A DNA stretch of 64,000 nt, from the sequence record ON287370.1; one strand, given 5' to 3'. How positions within the stretch are numbered: the stretch's first letter is position 1; the number at the start of each line of letters is the position of its first letter. Positions 40,644 through 49,185 of this stretch are shown piece after piece. A model generated the notes under the pieces. That model searched no databases and was not told the origin of the DNA. It was given only the letters and a program-made list of their open reading frames with translations. The position numbers and the translations under genes are program-made.

Positions 40644-41128
40644 ACCGTTACAATGATTTCAGATGGTTGGTTGGCAACAACCACAGTGGAGACGGTTACG
40701 CCATCAAAGATATAAACTTGTTCCAGGAACTGGGTAAGATAACGCTGAACATTATCAGAGATATCCTCAGCTTCCAGAATAGTACCACACATAGCAGCCA
40801 TATCGATATCGTTATTGACTGCACTTAAGATCCCTTCAATCAAATTGTTGATAGGATCCATACTGTACGTTTCACCTTCTTCCAGTTTGACCAGATAAGA
40901 GTCACAGGTAACTTTACCGTTATTCAAACGTTCTTCGGTATTGTAACGAATATTGGCAACACTACGTGGTTTCTTATTTACCTGATATTCGTGCACCAAA
41001 CGAACGCTGACGGTTTTGTCGTCAAAGGGAATAGCAGATTGTGCTTCTTTCTGTTCAGCCCGTACAGCTTGAATCAGGGACTCGATGTACTCCACATCAG
41101 AACCAGTTGCATTGATTAATGAGAACAT
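40637..41128 (-). CDS. hypothetical protein
   Basis: 163-aa ORF with an AGGA RBS, downstream of promoter motif D. Confidence 0.75.
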   Translation of the reverse strand: MFSLINATGSDVEYIESLIQAVRAEQKEAQSAIPFDDKTVSVRLVHEYQVNKKPRSVANIRYNTEERLNNGKVTCDSYLVKLEEGETYSMDPINNLIEGILSAVNNDIDMAAMCGTILEAEDISDNVQRYLTQFLEQVYIFDGVTVSTVVVANQPSEIIVTVC

Positions 41129-41181
41129 AGTGTTTTCCTTCTACAAGTTAAATGAAAAATATGTTTGTACCTTAGCACATA

Positions 41182-41199
41182 GATAATATCTATCTGTTT
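41182..41199 (-). promoter_or_regulatory. putative phage early promoter, copy D (AAACAGAT-AGATATTATC)
   Basis: Consensus match 54 nt upstream of the ATG at 41128. Confidence 0.6.
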
Positions 41200-41257
41200 T
41201 AAAATAGACAACAAATCTAGAGCAGGGTTTCCCCCACTCTAGATAAGTTATTTTAGA

Positions 41258-42037
41258 TTACTTTCTTTTTTGGTTCTGTTGTTGATTTTTGTTCTGCTGG
41301 TTCTGTTGATTCTGAGGCTGTTGTTTTTCTTCAGCCTTTTCTTCTACAGGAGCTTCAGGTTGAGTTTCACCCTCTGGCTCTTTGAACTCATCAACACTAC
41401 CATCCAGTTTAGGTGCTGTACCTTCACCTTCTACTCCAGTTTCCACTGGAGGAATAACTGGATCAGTTACTGGTGGTTTTGGATCTTCTACTTTCTCGGC
41501 CCGCTTCTGCAGATAAGAAACATAGATACGACCGCTAACAACAGTATCTTTAATATCGATGAAACCATCAGCTGCCAGTTCTTCATTGCGGCCTTCGAAC
41601 ATAGTGGTGGTGAATTGACTTGGAGAGAATTCATAACCAGTCATCTTCAGAGCTTCCCACAGGTTAGACTGAGGGTGAACTTGCAGATGCAGATGTTCGT
41701 TAGACATGACATAGTACAGGCCAGTCATGGTGTTCACAGCAACGGAAGAAGGCTCCATTACATAGTTAGCCATTGGCTTAACCATTGGGAACAGAGTACC
41801 AGTTTTGTACGGCAGATCTTGCAGCTGGAAACCACGCCCACGACAGGTAATAGTCACATACCACAGATCACCTTTACGAACAGGTTTAGAGAACACACAT
41901 TCGCTCTCTTTCAGATCGGTGTAGTATTTTTCCTGACGAGCACGGAACGCTGGATCTTTACTTTCAGAAGCAGCCTTCAGTTTGGATTTAGTTACGAGGT
42001 CAAGCAGATACTGCCAGGTAGTAGGAGTCTGTTGCAT
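41258..42037 (-). CDS. hypothetical protein with a Pro/Glu-rich and Gln/Asn-rich C-terminus
   Basis: Start placed at MQQTPTTW (GGAA RBS); low-complexity tail EKQQPQNQQNQQNKNQQQNQKRK. Confidence 0.75.
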   Translation of the reverse strand: MQQTPTTWQYLLDLVTKSKLKAASESKDPAFRARQEKYYTDLKESECVFSKPVRKGDLWYVTITCRGRGFQLQDLPYKTGTLFPMVKPMANYVMEPSSVAVNTMTGLYYVMSNEHLHLQVHPQSNLWEALKMTGYEFSPSQFTTTMFEGRNEELAADGFIDIKDTVVSGRIYVSYLQKRAEKVEDPKPPVTDPVIPPVETGVEGEGTAPKLDGSVDEFKEPEGETQPEAPVEEKAEEKQQPQNQQNQQNKNQQQNQKRK

Positions 42038-42122
42038 TATTAAATTTCCATGTTGATAAAAACGGAACATCTCCCTCAGCTTCATGAGAAGTGAGAGATT
42101 AGTCAATTACTTTCATAGGATA

Positions 42123-42413
42123 TCAAGAATGGTTGACTTCATAATACTGATAAGTCCCATCCCTTTTATATACGATAACGTATGTTTCTATTAATCCTTG
42201 AGCATTAACAAAAGTAAAGACATTATCTACTATCTCCACCGGTCTAGCACAACCCGATGGGTATGGAAGGAAATTCCCTTTATTAATGTTAGTGCAATGG
42301 ATAATTAAATCTTTAGTTGAATAACGTGTTTTGGCATAGCAGGCAACTACTATTGCACAAAAACCCAGAGAAAAGAGAAGCGCTAATATCAGACATTTTC
42401 GACAAGGTATCAT
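42123..42413 (-). CDS. small membrane-anchored protein
   Basis: N-terminal TM (LILALLFSLGFCAIVV) and a Cys-containing soluble part. Confidence 0.55.
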   Translation of the reverse strand: MIPCRKCLILALLFSLGFCAIVVACYAKTRYSTKDLIIHCTNINKGNFLPYPSGCARPVEIVDNVFTFVNAQGLIETYVIVYKRDGTYQYYEVNHS

Positions 42414-42446
42414 ACTCTCACCAAAAAAAATAAAGAAGTAAATAAC

Positions 42447-42466
42447 AGGCTACCCGAAGGTAGCCT
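42447..42466 (-). terminator. intrinsic terminator
   Basis: aggctacc-cgaa-ggtagcct with a UUCG loop and T8 downstream on the minus strand. Confidence 0.7.
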
Positions 42467-42474
42467 TGGTTATC

Positions 42475-42816
42475 TTATTCTTCCAGATTGCCAGGGAAGT
42501 AGCACGCCGCGATACGACCTGCAACCATGCCGGTATAGCAAGTCACGCCACCGATAGCAGCCGCAGTGATGTTAGACTGCGGAGCTGCTTCAGCAATTTT
42601 GCGACCCGCATACAGAGTACCCAAACTAGCTGCTGCTGCAACTGTAGCTGAAACTTTAGAACCAGTTGGACTGATTACTTCCAGCCCAACAGAAACTGCA
42701 GCACCCAGTAAGCCACCCAACATGTTGCGGTTGGTATTCAGGAAGCCTTCTTTTGGCAGCTCTTTAACGTTCAGTTCGTTCAGGCTGTTGATCATTTCTT
42801 GGTTGATAGTAGTCAT
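42475..42816 (-). CDS. Gly/Ala-rich hydrophobic protein in a monocistronic early cassette
   Basis: MLGGLLGAAVSVGL, ATVAAAASLGTLYAG and TAAAIGGVTCYTGMVAG segments; has its own promoter motif and terminator. Confidence 0.75.
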   Translation of the reverse strand: MTTINQEMINSLNELNVKELPKEGFLNTNRNMLGGLLGAAVSVGLEVISPTGSKVSATVAAAASLGTLYAGRKIAEAAPQSNITAAAIGGVTCYTGMVAGRIAACYFPGNLEE

Positions 42817-42873
42817 GATATTTCTCTCTATAGTCAGTTAAGGTTTAAGAACTTTATTGTTCATATTCACTTA

Positions 42874-42891
42874 AATGATATATGTCTGAAA
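42874..42891 (-). promoter_or_regulatory. putative phage early promoter, copy E (TTTCAGAC-ATATATCATT)
   Basis: Consensus match; leader sequence resembles copy G. Confidence 0.6.
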
Positions 42892-42906
42892 TTTCATCCA
42901 ACTAAA

Positions 42907-43491
42907 TTATGAGTGCGTCTGACCGGACATAAAGTGTTTACGGCAAACTGAAATGTATTTATCATTCCCACCCACATCAACCTGATTACCTTCACGAACC
43001 ACCTTCCCTTCAGAGTCTAAACGCAAGACCATATGCGCACTCTTACCACACCAACAAATAGTTTTCACACGTTCAAGTTTATCGGCTAGTGCGAACAGTG
43101 CTTCAGATCCAGGGAATAAATTACCTTGGAAATCAGAACGCAACCCATAACACAGAACAGGTATACCCAACTGGTCCACAACTTCAGACAGTTGGATAAC
43201 TTGATTTCTGGTAAGGAACTGTGCTTCATCAATTAAGATGCAGTGAGGATTAGGTTTCAATCCAATCAAACTTTGAATAACCCAGAATAGGTTTTCATAT
43301 TCACTGAACATTGTACACTCAGCTTCTAAACCAATACGTGAACGAATCACTGGTTTACCTTCACGAGTATCAATAGCAGGTTTGAGAACAAGTGTCTTCA
43401 TACCACGTTCATGATAGTTGTAATTGGCTTGCAGCAATGTCGTGGACTTACCTGCGTTCATTGAGCTGTGATAAAAGTACAAACTGGACAT
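42907..43491 (-). CDS. tdk: thymidine kinase
   Basis: SSMNAGKST P-loop, ILIDEAQF, YGLRSDFQG, and the Zn-binding ICWCG...SVCRKHF. GGAG RBS before MSSLYFY. Confidence 0.95.
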   Translation of the reverse strand: MSSLYFYHSSMNAGKSTTLLQANYNYHERGMKTLVLKPAIDTREGKPVIRSRIGLEAECTMFSEYENLFWVIQSLIGLKPNPHCILIDEAQFLTRNQVIQLSEVVDQLGIPVLCYGLRSDFQGNLFPGSEALFALADKLERVKTICWCGKSAHMVLRLDSEGKVVREGNQVDVGGNDKYISVCRKHFMSGQTHS

Positions 43492-43508
43492 TGTGTTTTT
43501 TAACTCCG

Positions 43509-43790
43509 TTAAGTATGCATAAAGTGATTCCAGACCATTTGAACTGGAATACCTAAAAGCACTAGGCAATGTAGAAAGGGTTTATCAAATAAATTGTGTT
43601 TCACCTCAAAAATTATTTCTCCGATGCGACCCACAATTAAACCCATTGTAAAATAAGCAAAGACATAATAGTCGATGCATAGCGCATAAGTTAAAACAAT
43701 TATCATGAAGACAATTGCAAGTACATTGTCCAGATTAACTAATTGTTTTCTACCTTCGCCCTTTGCAGTGGTAATTCTTTTCAGTATCAT
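43509..43790 (-). CDS. small membrane protein
   Basis: 93 aa with two or three hydrophobic segments. Confidence 0.6.
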   Translation of the reverse strand: MILKRITTAKGEGRKQLVNLDNVLAIVFMIIVLTYALCIDYYVFAYFTMGLIVGRIGEIIFEVKHNLFDKPFLHCLVLLGIPVQMVWNHFMHT

Positions 43791-43840
43791 ATTCCATACT
43801 TCCTGAAAATCAAAGAGCCACTATAGGGGAGATAAATCTC

Positions 43841-44089
43841 CTATTTCTTGTTATCAGCTAGACACTGTTCCTCGATTTGAATACAATGAGTTTCTACTTC
43901 CTCGTAATCTTCGAGGTCAGCACTGATTTCCTTTTCATGACGGGTTAGATGATTCCCTTCTAGCCTATAGATATCTACAGAGTTTGATAAAGGAAAACAT
44001 AGAAAGACGGTATCACCAATATACACGGTTATACAAAAGTCATCTTTTTCTAAATGTTTCTTTAACTCTTCTTCAATTAGTTTACACAT
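43841..44089 (-). CDS. hypothetical protein
   Basis: 82-aa ORF. Confidence 0.55.
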   Translation of the reverse strand: MCKLIEEELKKHLEKDDFCITVYIGDTVFLCFPLSNSVDIYRLEGNHLTRHEKEISADLEDYEEVETHCIQIEEQCLADNKK

Positions 44090-44124
44090 AGAGAATTAAA
44101 AAAAATAAGGAGGATGAGACTAAG

Positions 44125-44150
44125 CGAGCTGAGGTGTTACCCTCAGCTCG
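44125..44150 (-). terminator. terminator after the chaperonin gene
   Basis: cgagctgagg-tgttac-cctcagctcg 10-bp stem with a T tract on the minus strand. Confidence 0.65.
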
Positions 44151-44157
44151 ATCTTAG

Positions 44158-45717
44158 TTATGCATAAGACTTATTAGAACGCCCCATTACATTACTGATC
44201 TTACCTAAAGTCTTAGCAGTTTGCCAAGCACCCTTCAGCGCGATCATAGTAGCGGCAGCATTATCAAATACATTCATTGGCGTGTCAGATTCTTCACCAG
44301 TTACCAGATCAATAAAGGTAGGAGTTCCACCATTATAATCATGGCCAGTAAGGTGTTCATATTGAGCACGCAATACTTGTACCAGATTCTTACGACAGAT
44401 CTCAAGCTCCTCATCAGATTGTTCAGGGAAGCTCTCAACCAGGTTAGAGGCCATCAGATACCCATAACCGATACCAGGTATTACGCCAAACTGCTGACCG
44501 GTCTGTGCGGCTTTCATGGCATCCTCATAACGATAATAACGTTCAGTCGCATCACTTGGAGTTACACCGGTGACTTTGATGATTACGTTATTTGCGCGGA
44601 GGCGACCAATTCGGCGAGCCAGGTTCAGACCTACTGGAGTTTGACGCTGAATGATACTCAGGTTATCCCAGCGAATGTCCAGACCTTCCAGAATCTCATC
44701 AGCTACTTTGGTGATGTGCTCGGATTCTTTCTCCATCAGTAAACCAGTGGCAGTCATGAAGAACATGTCGGTATTGATCTTGGTCATGTCATAATTGAGA
44801 CTACCCAATTCAAAGACAGGTTCAATCCCCAGCAATTTACCCAGGTCGTTCATGGTATCGGTACCCAAAGAACCAGCTGCCTGAACTTTATATGGAATAA
44901 ATTTCATGGTACCCAGTTTCTGATTCTCATTATTGATTTGACCCATTGCTGCAGGTTCAAAGTTTCGAGCGATCAGAATGACAGCCTGTTGGGTTGCTTT
45001 AAATGCCATGCGACTAAAGAACTCGGCAGGGACATTCCGGACACTACCATCAACCACTACTACATAGGCAGCACCTTCTGGAACGGTTGTTACACCAGAA
45101 GCTGGAACATAGTTATTCTGACCGAACTCACCATCGAATTTAATTTCTTTGGTGAATTCGATCTCATCCTTCGGCAGTTCTGGAACGTTCTGCAGAACGA
45201 TGTTTGGATTCTTATGTTCCTTAAAGATCTCCAGGATCTTGTCAACGATTTCACTTTCATAGTTCGATGAAGTCATCAACATGTTGCGGAAGTCTTCAGA
45301 ATGAAGATCACCCGGTTTGATCAGTGTGCCGATATATGCATCGATGTTCCGCATCATCTCATCCAGATAACGGATGTTACGGAAAGTCATGCGTTCGCCA
45401 AATGCTTTATAAAGATGATAGGTCATGAACACAGTAGTAGTTGTGCCATCACCCACTTCTTTATCAGTTTTAATCGATGGTTCCGTGATGATCTTTGCAA
45501 TCAAGTTACGGCGAGCTTCACCGAAGTCCAGCGCCTTCGCCACACTCACGCCATCTTTGGTGACCTTCGGATTATTCAGCTGATTGATTACAACATAGCG
45601 ACCATTCGGACCCATAGTGGAACAAACAGATTCAAATGCATTATTGATTACTTCATCAACGATTGCACGAGTTTCAGTTGCGTTGGTGAAAGTTTGCTCA
45701 GTCAGAACAGAAGACAT
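44158..45717 (-). CDS. groEL: GroEL-like phage chaperonin (EL gp146/OBP gp246 type)
   Basis: STMGPNGR, VTKDGVSVAK, VGDGTTT nucleotide-binding motif, RYEDA (Asp398 equivalent) and VIPGIG. It lacks the GGM tail, and no groES is present in the window. Confidence 0.92.
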   Translation of the reverse strand: MSSVLTEQTFTNATETRAIVDEVINNAFESVCSTMGPNGRYVVINQLNNPKVTKDGVSVAKALDFGEARRNLIAKIITEPSIKTDKEVGDGTTTTVFMTYHLYKAFGERMTFRNIRYLDEMMRNIDAYIGTLIKPGDLHSEDFRNMLMTSSNYESEIVDKILEIFKEHKNPNIVLQNVPELPKDEIEFTKEIKFDGEFGQNNYVPASGVTTVPEGAAYVVVVDGSVRNVPAEFFSRMAFKATQQAVILIARNFEPAAMGQINNENQKLGTMKFIPYKVQAAGSLGTDTMNDLGKLLGIEPVFELGSLNYDMTKINTDMFFMTATGLLMEKESEHITKVADEILEGLDIRWDNLSIIQRQTPVGLNLARRIGRLRANNVIIKVTGVTPSDATERYYRYEDAMKAAQTGQQFGVIPGIGYGYLMASNLVESFPEQSDEELEICRKNLVQVLRAQYEHLTGHDYNGGTPTFIDLVTGEESDTPMNVFDNAAATMIALKGAWQTAKTLGKISNVMGRSNKSYA

Positions 45718-45770
45718 ATTTTTGATTCCTATTTCTAAATTAAGTGAGGTTGGTTTTACTACAGATAACT

Positions 45771-46187
45771 TTACAGCAGCTTCATGCGTTTGTTGAAGTC
45801 ATCTCTGGTACGATGGAATAACTGTTTAGTATCGATATCTTGATAGATAACGACAGACTGACCTCTGGATGTACCGGCTCCAGTGGTTTCTCCATAACAC
45901 TTATAACGACCACCTTTACCAATGCAAGTATAAAGACGAGGTTGTGGTTTCTTCAGTTTACGGTGTTGGTAATATGCACATAGAGACATTACCAATAACC
46001 AAAGATAGAGCAACGGCCAGAATAAGATTAATCCAAAGGTGATCAGTATGTTGACAAACTTAACACTACTGCTTGGATTACTCTGAGAGGTACCGAAACA
46101 CCAGAAGAATTGTCCCAGTGTGTACAGGCCGACGATGATGTATACACCGGCTAATAAACCGATAGCTATCCAATACAATTCTGTCAT
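45771..46187 (-). CDS. membrane protein with a C-terminal DUF1653-like (SH3-like) domain
   Basis: Two TM segments followed by LYTCIGKGGRY...VVIYQD...LFHRTRDDF. Confidence 0.6.
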   Translation of the reverse strand: MTELYWIAIGLLAGVYIIVGLYTLGQFFWCFGTSQSNPSSSVKFVNILITFGLILFWPLLYLWLLVMSLCAYYQHRKLKKPQPRLYTCIGKGGRYKCYGETTGAGTSRGQSVVIYQDIDTKQLFHRTRDDFNKRMKLL

Positions 46188-46837
46188 TCTTTAGTCCACA
46201 CAGGAAGTCCAGCAATGTCTGAACGTTGATGGATATAAGTATCGATCACCTTTAAACCACCGCGAGTATTGCAGAGATATTTGTGATCACCCAATGACGT
46301 TTGGATGATTCCATCCACAGCACCATTTTCCCCTACATTTAATAAATCCTTACCCATGAAGAATTTATCATGAGTAAACAATTTACGTTTAGCTTCTTTG
46401 AATTCCATTCCAACCGCATCGGCAACAATTTGAATGATTTCAGTATCATAAAGCTTGAGGTTCTTATAGAGGTTGTCGATTTCCTCTTCGGATCCTTCTA
46501 ACTTTAGTTTTGAACTGTGGAACATGAATCTGGTATGTGGATAACACAGCCTTAAGAAATCACGATCCTGGATAAAGCACGCATTCATTGACGCGCAGAA
46601 CCCCTGAACGAAATAGACCACATTAACATCCATTGATCCCAGCATATCCATTAATGCAAAACCTGCCGATACATTACCACCAGGTCCAGTAGTATGAATG
46701 TGATATGGTAAACGCTCCGTGTTACCACGAATTTTATTCATGATGGGTGCGTTAGACTGATCAGATATTACCCCAATGATTTCCATTGGATAAACTTCAC
46801 GTTTCATTGGACGCGGAACAGATACTTGTTCTGACAT
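46184..46837 (-). CDS. clpP: ClpP-like serine protease
   Basis: TGPGGNVSAGFALMD, CASM (catalytic Ser), FMFH (His) and HDKFF (Asp). GGAGA RBS before M-M-S. Confidence 0.85.
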   Translation of the reverse strand: MSEQVSVPRPMKREVYPMEIIGVISDQSNAPIMNKIRGNTERLPYHIHTTGPGGNVSAGFALMDMLGSMDVNVVYFVQGFCASMNACFIQDRDFLRLCYPHTRFMFHSSKLKLEGSEEEIDNLYKNLKLYDTEIIQIVADAVGMEFKEAKRKLFTHDKFFMGKDLLNVGENGAVDGIIQTSLGDHKYLCNTRGGLKVIDTYIHQRSDIAGLPVWTKE

Positions 46838-46876
46838 CATTGTCTCCAGATTAAACACTTTTGTTTATACCAAGTA

Positions 46877-46894
46877 GATAATATCTATTTGAAA
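46877..46894 (-). promoter_or_regulatory. putative phage early promoter, copy F (TTTCAAAT-AGATATTATC)
   Basis: Best consensus match; lies directly upstream of the clpP-like gene. Confidence 0.6.
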
Positions 46895-47007
46895 TAATTT
46901 ACCACACGAGTTTTCAAATACTTGAAACTTTCGTTAGCAAGGAATGCAACGAACCCTGTAGCTATGGCTCCTACTAAAAGCAGAAGTAATTCATATAAGA
47001 AGTGCAC
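46885..47007 (-). CDS. 40-aa single-TM microprotein (MHFLYELLLLLVGAIATGFVAFLANESFKYLKTRVVNYFK)
   Basis: My translation: GTG start with AGGAG upstream; fills the intergenic gap. Not in the ORF track. Confidence 0.45.
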   Translation of the reverse strand: MHFLYELLLLLVGAIATGFVAFLANESFKYLKTRVVNYFK

Positions 47008-47052
47008 GACAAAGCTCCTAAAGAGGGACAGTTTCCCATCCCTCTATATTTG

Positions 47053-47307
47053 TTATTGGATTTGTTTACCTTTAAAGACGATGGTAGTTTCTTTACAGGT
47101 AGAGACGCAGTTAGTGAGAGACAAACGTTTAACCAAGTATTTGTCACCGGTTGCAAAGAAACGTTCACCTAAGAAACGACCTTCCGATGGAACCTGGATA
47201 CAAACACGTTCACCACAGATAGAGGCTTTACCATGACCCATAGAAGTAATGACCAGAGTTTCACCAACACGAACTTTGGATACAAACTCAGCTGGAATTT
47301 TGAACAT
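47053..47307 (-). CDS. hypothetical small beta-rich protein
   Basis: 84-aa ORF with a GAGAGA RBS. Confidence 0.6.
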   Translation of the reverse strand: MFKIPAEFVSKVRVGETLVITSMGHGKASICGERVCIQVPSEGRFLGERFFATGDKYLVKRLSLTNCVSTCKETTIVFKGKQIQ

Positions 47308-47333
47308 TTATTTATCTCTCTTATTAAAGATGG

Positions 47334-47957
47334 TTAAGCGAAACGTTTGTTATCTTTACGATTAACGATCAAGCTTGGACGAACATCATAGATCTCAAAC
47401 TTAGGTTGCATGAACCCAGTCGCGTCCATATAGACTTTATCAAAACCTGTGAGATCCATTTCCAATCCAACATCGGTATTGTAGGTATCACCAAAGGTAG
47501 TTAAATACAACCGAGAGATGGAAGGCCAGAATGCTTCATAGATGGTTGCACCACCGATGACCATAACTTCTCCACCTTTATGAAGGGTACCGGCAGTTTG
47601 CTGAATGACTTCTTTAGCTTTATCTGGGGAGTTGACAAACAACAAATACCCAGCATCTTTATTTTCAGCATTAGCAGTATTAATTTCACGAGCCACTGCT
47701 GGATCGAGAGTACGACTAATGACGATATTGATACGACCTGGAAGAGGCTTACCGCCGATCGATTCAAAAGTACTACGACCCATCACGATGATTTTACCCA
47801 GGGTCTGTTTACGGAACCACTGCATGTCTTCCTTACACTTAGGCCAAGGAAGAGTATTGTTAATGCCAATACCACCACTAGCATCTACAGCCACGATCAT
47901 TGCATAAGTAGTGAAGTGAATAAATTCGTTAGTTTTAGCGAAAGTTGTAATGTCCAT
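47334..47957 (-). CDS. folA: dihydrofolate reductase
   Basis: IVAVDASGGIGINNTLPW, EDMQWF, VMGRSTFESIG..PLPGRINIVIS and VIGGATIY. Confidence 0.95.
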   Translation of the reverse strand: MDITTFAKTNEFIHFTTYAMIVAVDASGGIGINNTLPWPKCKEDMQWFRKQTLGKIIVMGRSTFESIGGKPLPGRINIVISRTLDPAVAREINTANAENKDAGYLLFVNSPDKAKEVIQQTAGTLHKGGEVMVIGGATIYEAFWPSISRLYLTTFGDTYNTDVGLEMDLTGFDKVYMDATGFMQPKFEIYDVRPSLIVNRKDNKRFA

Positions 47958-48607
47958 TATTTATCCTTAAGAATTTGATAACACATGTTTAAGAAAGGAA
48001 TGTTCCCGGTCCATTTACGCTGCTTAGAGTAACCAGGTAAAGCAGTGATCTTGTCGTAGATTACCAACTCAGGCATATAAGGGTGAACGGTTTCACCATC
48101 ATGCATTGGGTTATCATCCACTAAACGGATTTCTGAACCAGGGTATTGTTCTTTCAAGAATGCTACTTTATTAGCATGTTCTTTACGATCTAAAGCATGA
48201 ACAGTTTTGAAGATGTGATCAACTTTATTATCTTCTAACCATTCCTCAGTTAAAGGCTTACCGTATTTAGTAAACCCACGGTGAGTACAGATGACAAATT
48301 TGATATCATCCTTGTACTGTTCCATCAGACGTTCACAAAGACTGATGAAGTCACTAGACAACAGCATGGTAGGTTTAGCATCAACCATATAAGTATGCTT
48401 CTTGATGATCTGATAGAATACATCGTCAGATTCATCTTTACGCCAGGACAAACTACTGTGTCCTTTCTTGTGCATTTCCATGATGTAGTTCAATTCAGTT
48501 TCCATGCCACGATCAGTGTAGAACTGTAGCATGAACGCATAGATGAATCCGTATGTATCTACCAACGTATCATCCATATCAAATGCGAGTATAAGTTTGG
48601 GTACCAT
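47957..48607 (-). CDS. HAD-superfamily phosphatase, 5'(3')-deoxyribonucleotidase-like
   Basis: FDMDDTLVD motif I, ICTHRG motif II and LVDDNP motif IV. Confidence 0.75.
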   Translation of the reverse strand: MVPKLILAFDMDDTLVDTYGFIYAFMLQFYTDRGMETELNYIMEMHKKGHSSLSWRKDESDDVFYQIIKKHTYMVDAKPTMLLSSDFISLCERLMEQYKDDIKFVICTHRGFTKYGKPLTEEWLEDNKVDHIFKTVHALDRKEHANKVAFLKEQYPGSEIRLVDDNPMHDGETVHPYMPELVIYDKITALPGYSKQRKWTGNIPFLNMCYQILKDK

Positions 48608-48695
48608 TAGATCTCCGAAACAAAAATAAATAGTTTAACTAAATATAGCATCAACAGTACAAGGATAAATTCCCTGTACTGTCGACGCCAATTCA

Positions 48696-49046
48696 TTATG
48701 CACTGTACTTAGCAACCATCATGTCGAAGGCAGCTTTAGTAGCATCATCCCAAACACCGGTCATGCGCAGACGCTGAGACATGTTGTTGGTTTCAGCGAA
48801 GTCATTGAAGAATGCCTGGAAAGTCATTACGCCATTGTTCTGTGGTTTAGTACGGAACAGTGGGATAGCGCCGAATGCTTTACGACCCAGAGCTTTGATT
48901 GCAGCCATGGAGAAAGAACCGAACTCTTCAGCTTTGTCAGCTTTGGTGTTTGCACCCATAACGTTAGCCAGGGTATCTTTCATGTAAGCCAGACCATCTA
49001 CGTTACGGTCAGCGAAGTGTTCTACGTTTGCGAAGTTGTTAGCCAT
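48696..49046 (-). CDS. small early protein with a C-terminal PG-binding-1-like motif
   Basis: MTFQAFFND...LRMTGVWDDATKAAF fits the Q...L..(D/T)G.WD..T..A pattern; no signal peptide. Confidence 0.7.
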   Translation of the reverse strand: MANNFANVEHFADRNVDGLAYMKDTLANVMGANTKADKAEEFGSFSMAAIKALGRKAFGAIPLFRTKPQNNGVMTFQAFFNDFAETNNMSQRLRMTGVWDDATKAAFDMMVAKYSA

Positions 49047-49111
49047 GATTTATATCTCTCTATAAGTTGATTAAGATTAGTTGTATAAAACTTTATTGTC
49101 TTATACACTTT

Positions 49112-49129
49112 AATTATATATGTCTGAAA
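49112..49129 (-). promoter_or_regulatory. putative phage early promoter, copy G (TTTCAGAC-ATATATAATT)
   Basis: Consensus match; leader sequence shared with copy E. Confidence 0.6.
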
Positions 49130-49150
49130 AAGAATACAAGTGAAACTGAA

Positions 49151-49185
49151 CCCCTCTACTCCCATTAAGGAGTAGAGGGTATATG
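49151..49185 (-). terminator. terminator hairpin related to the CCCT.ACCC family
   Basis: ccctctactcc...ggagtagaggg 11-bp stem. Confidence 0.6.

Noticed and set aside
41270-42043. 257-aa + strand ORF rich in Phe/Leu that looks like a membrane protein
   Set aside because: It is the exact antisense of the K/E/Q-rich gene 41258..42037, so the hydrophobicity is an artefact of the complementary codons.
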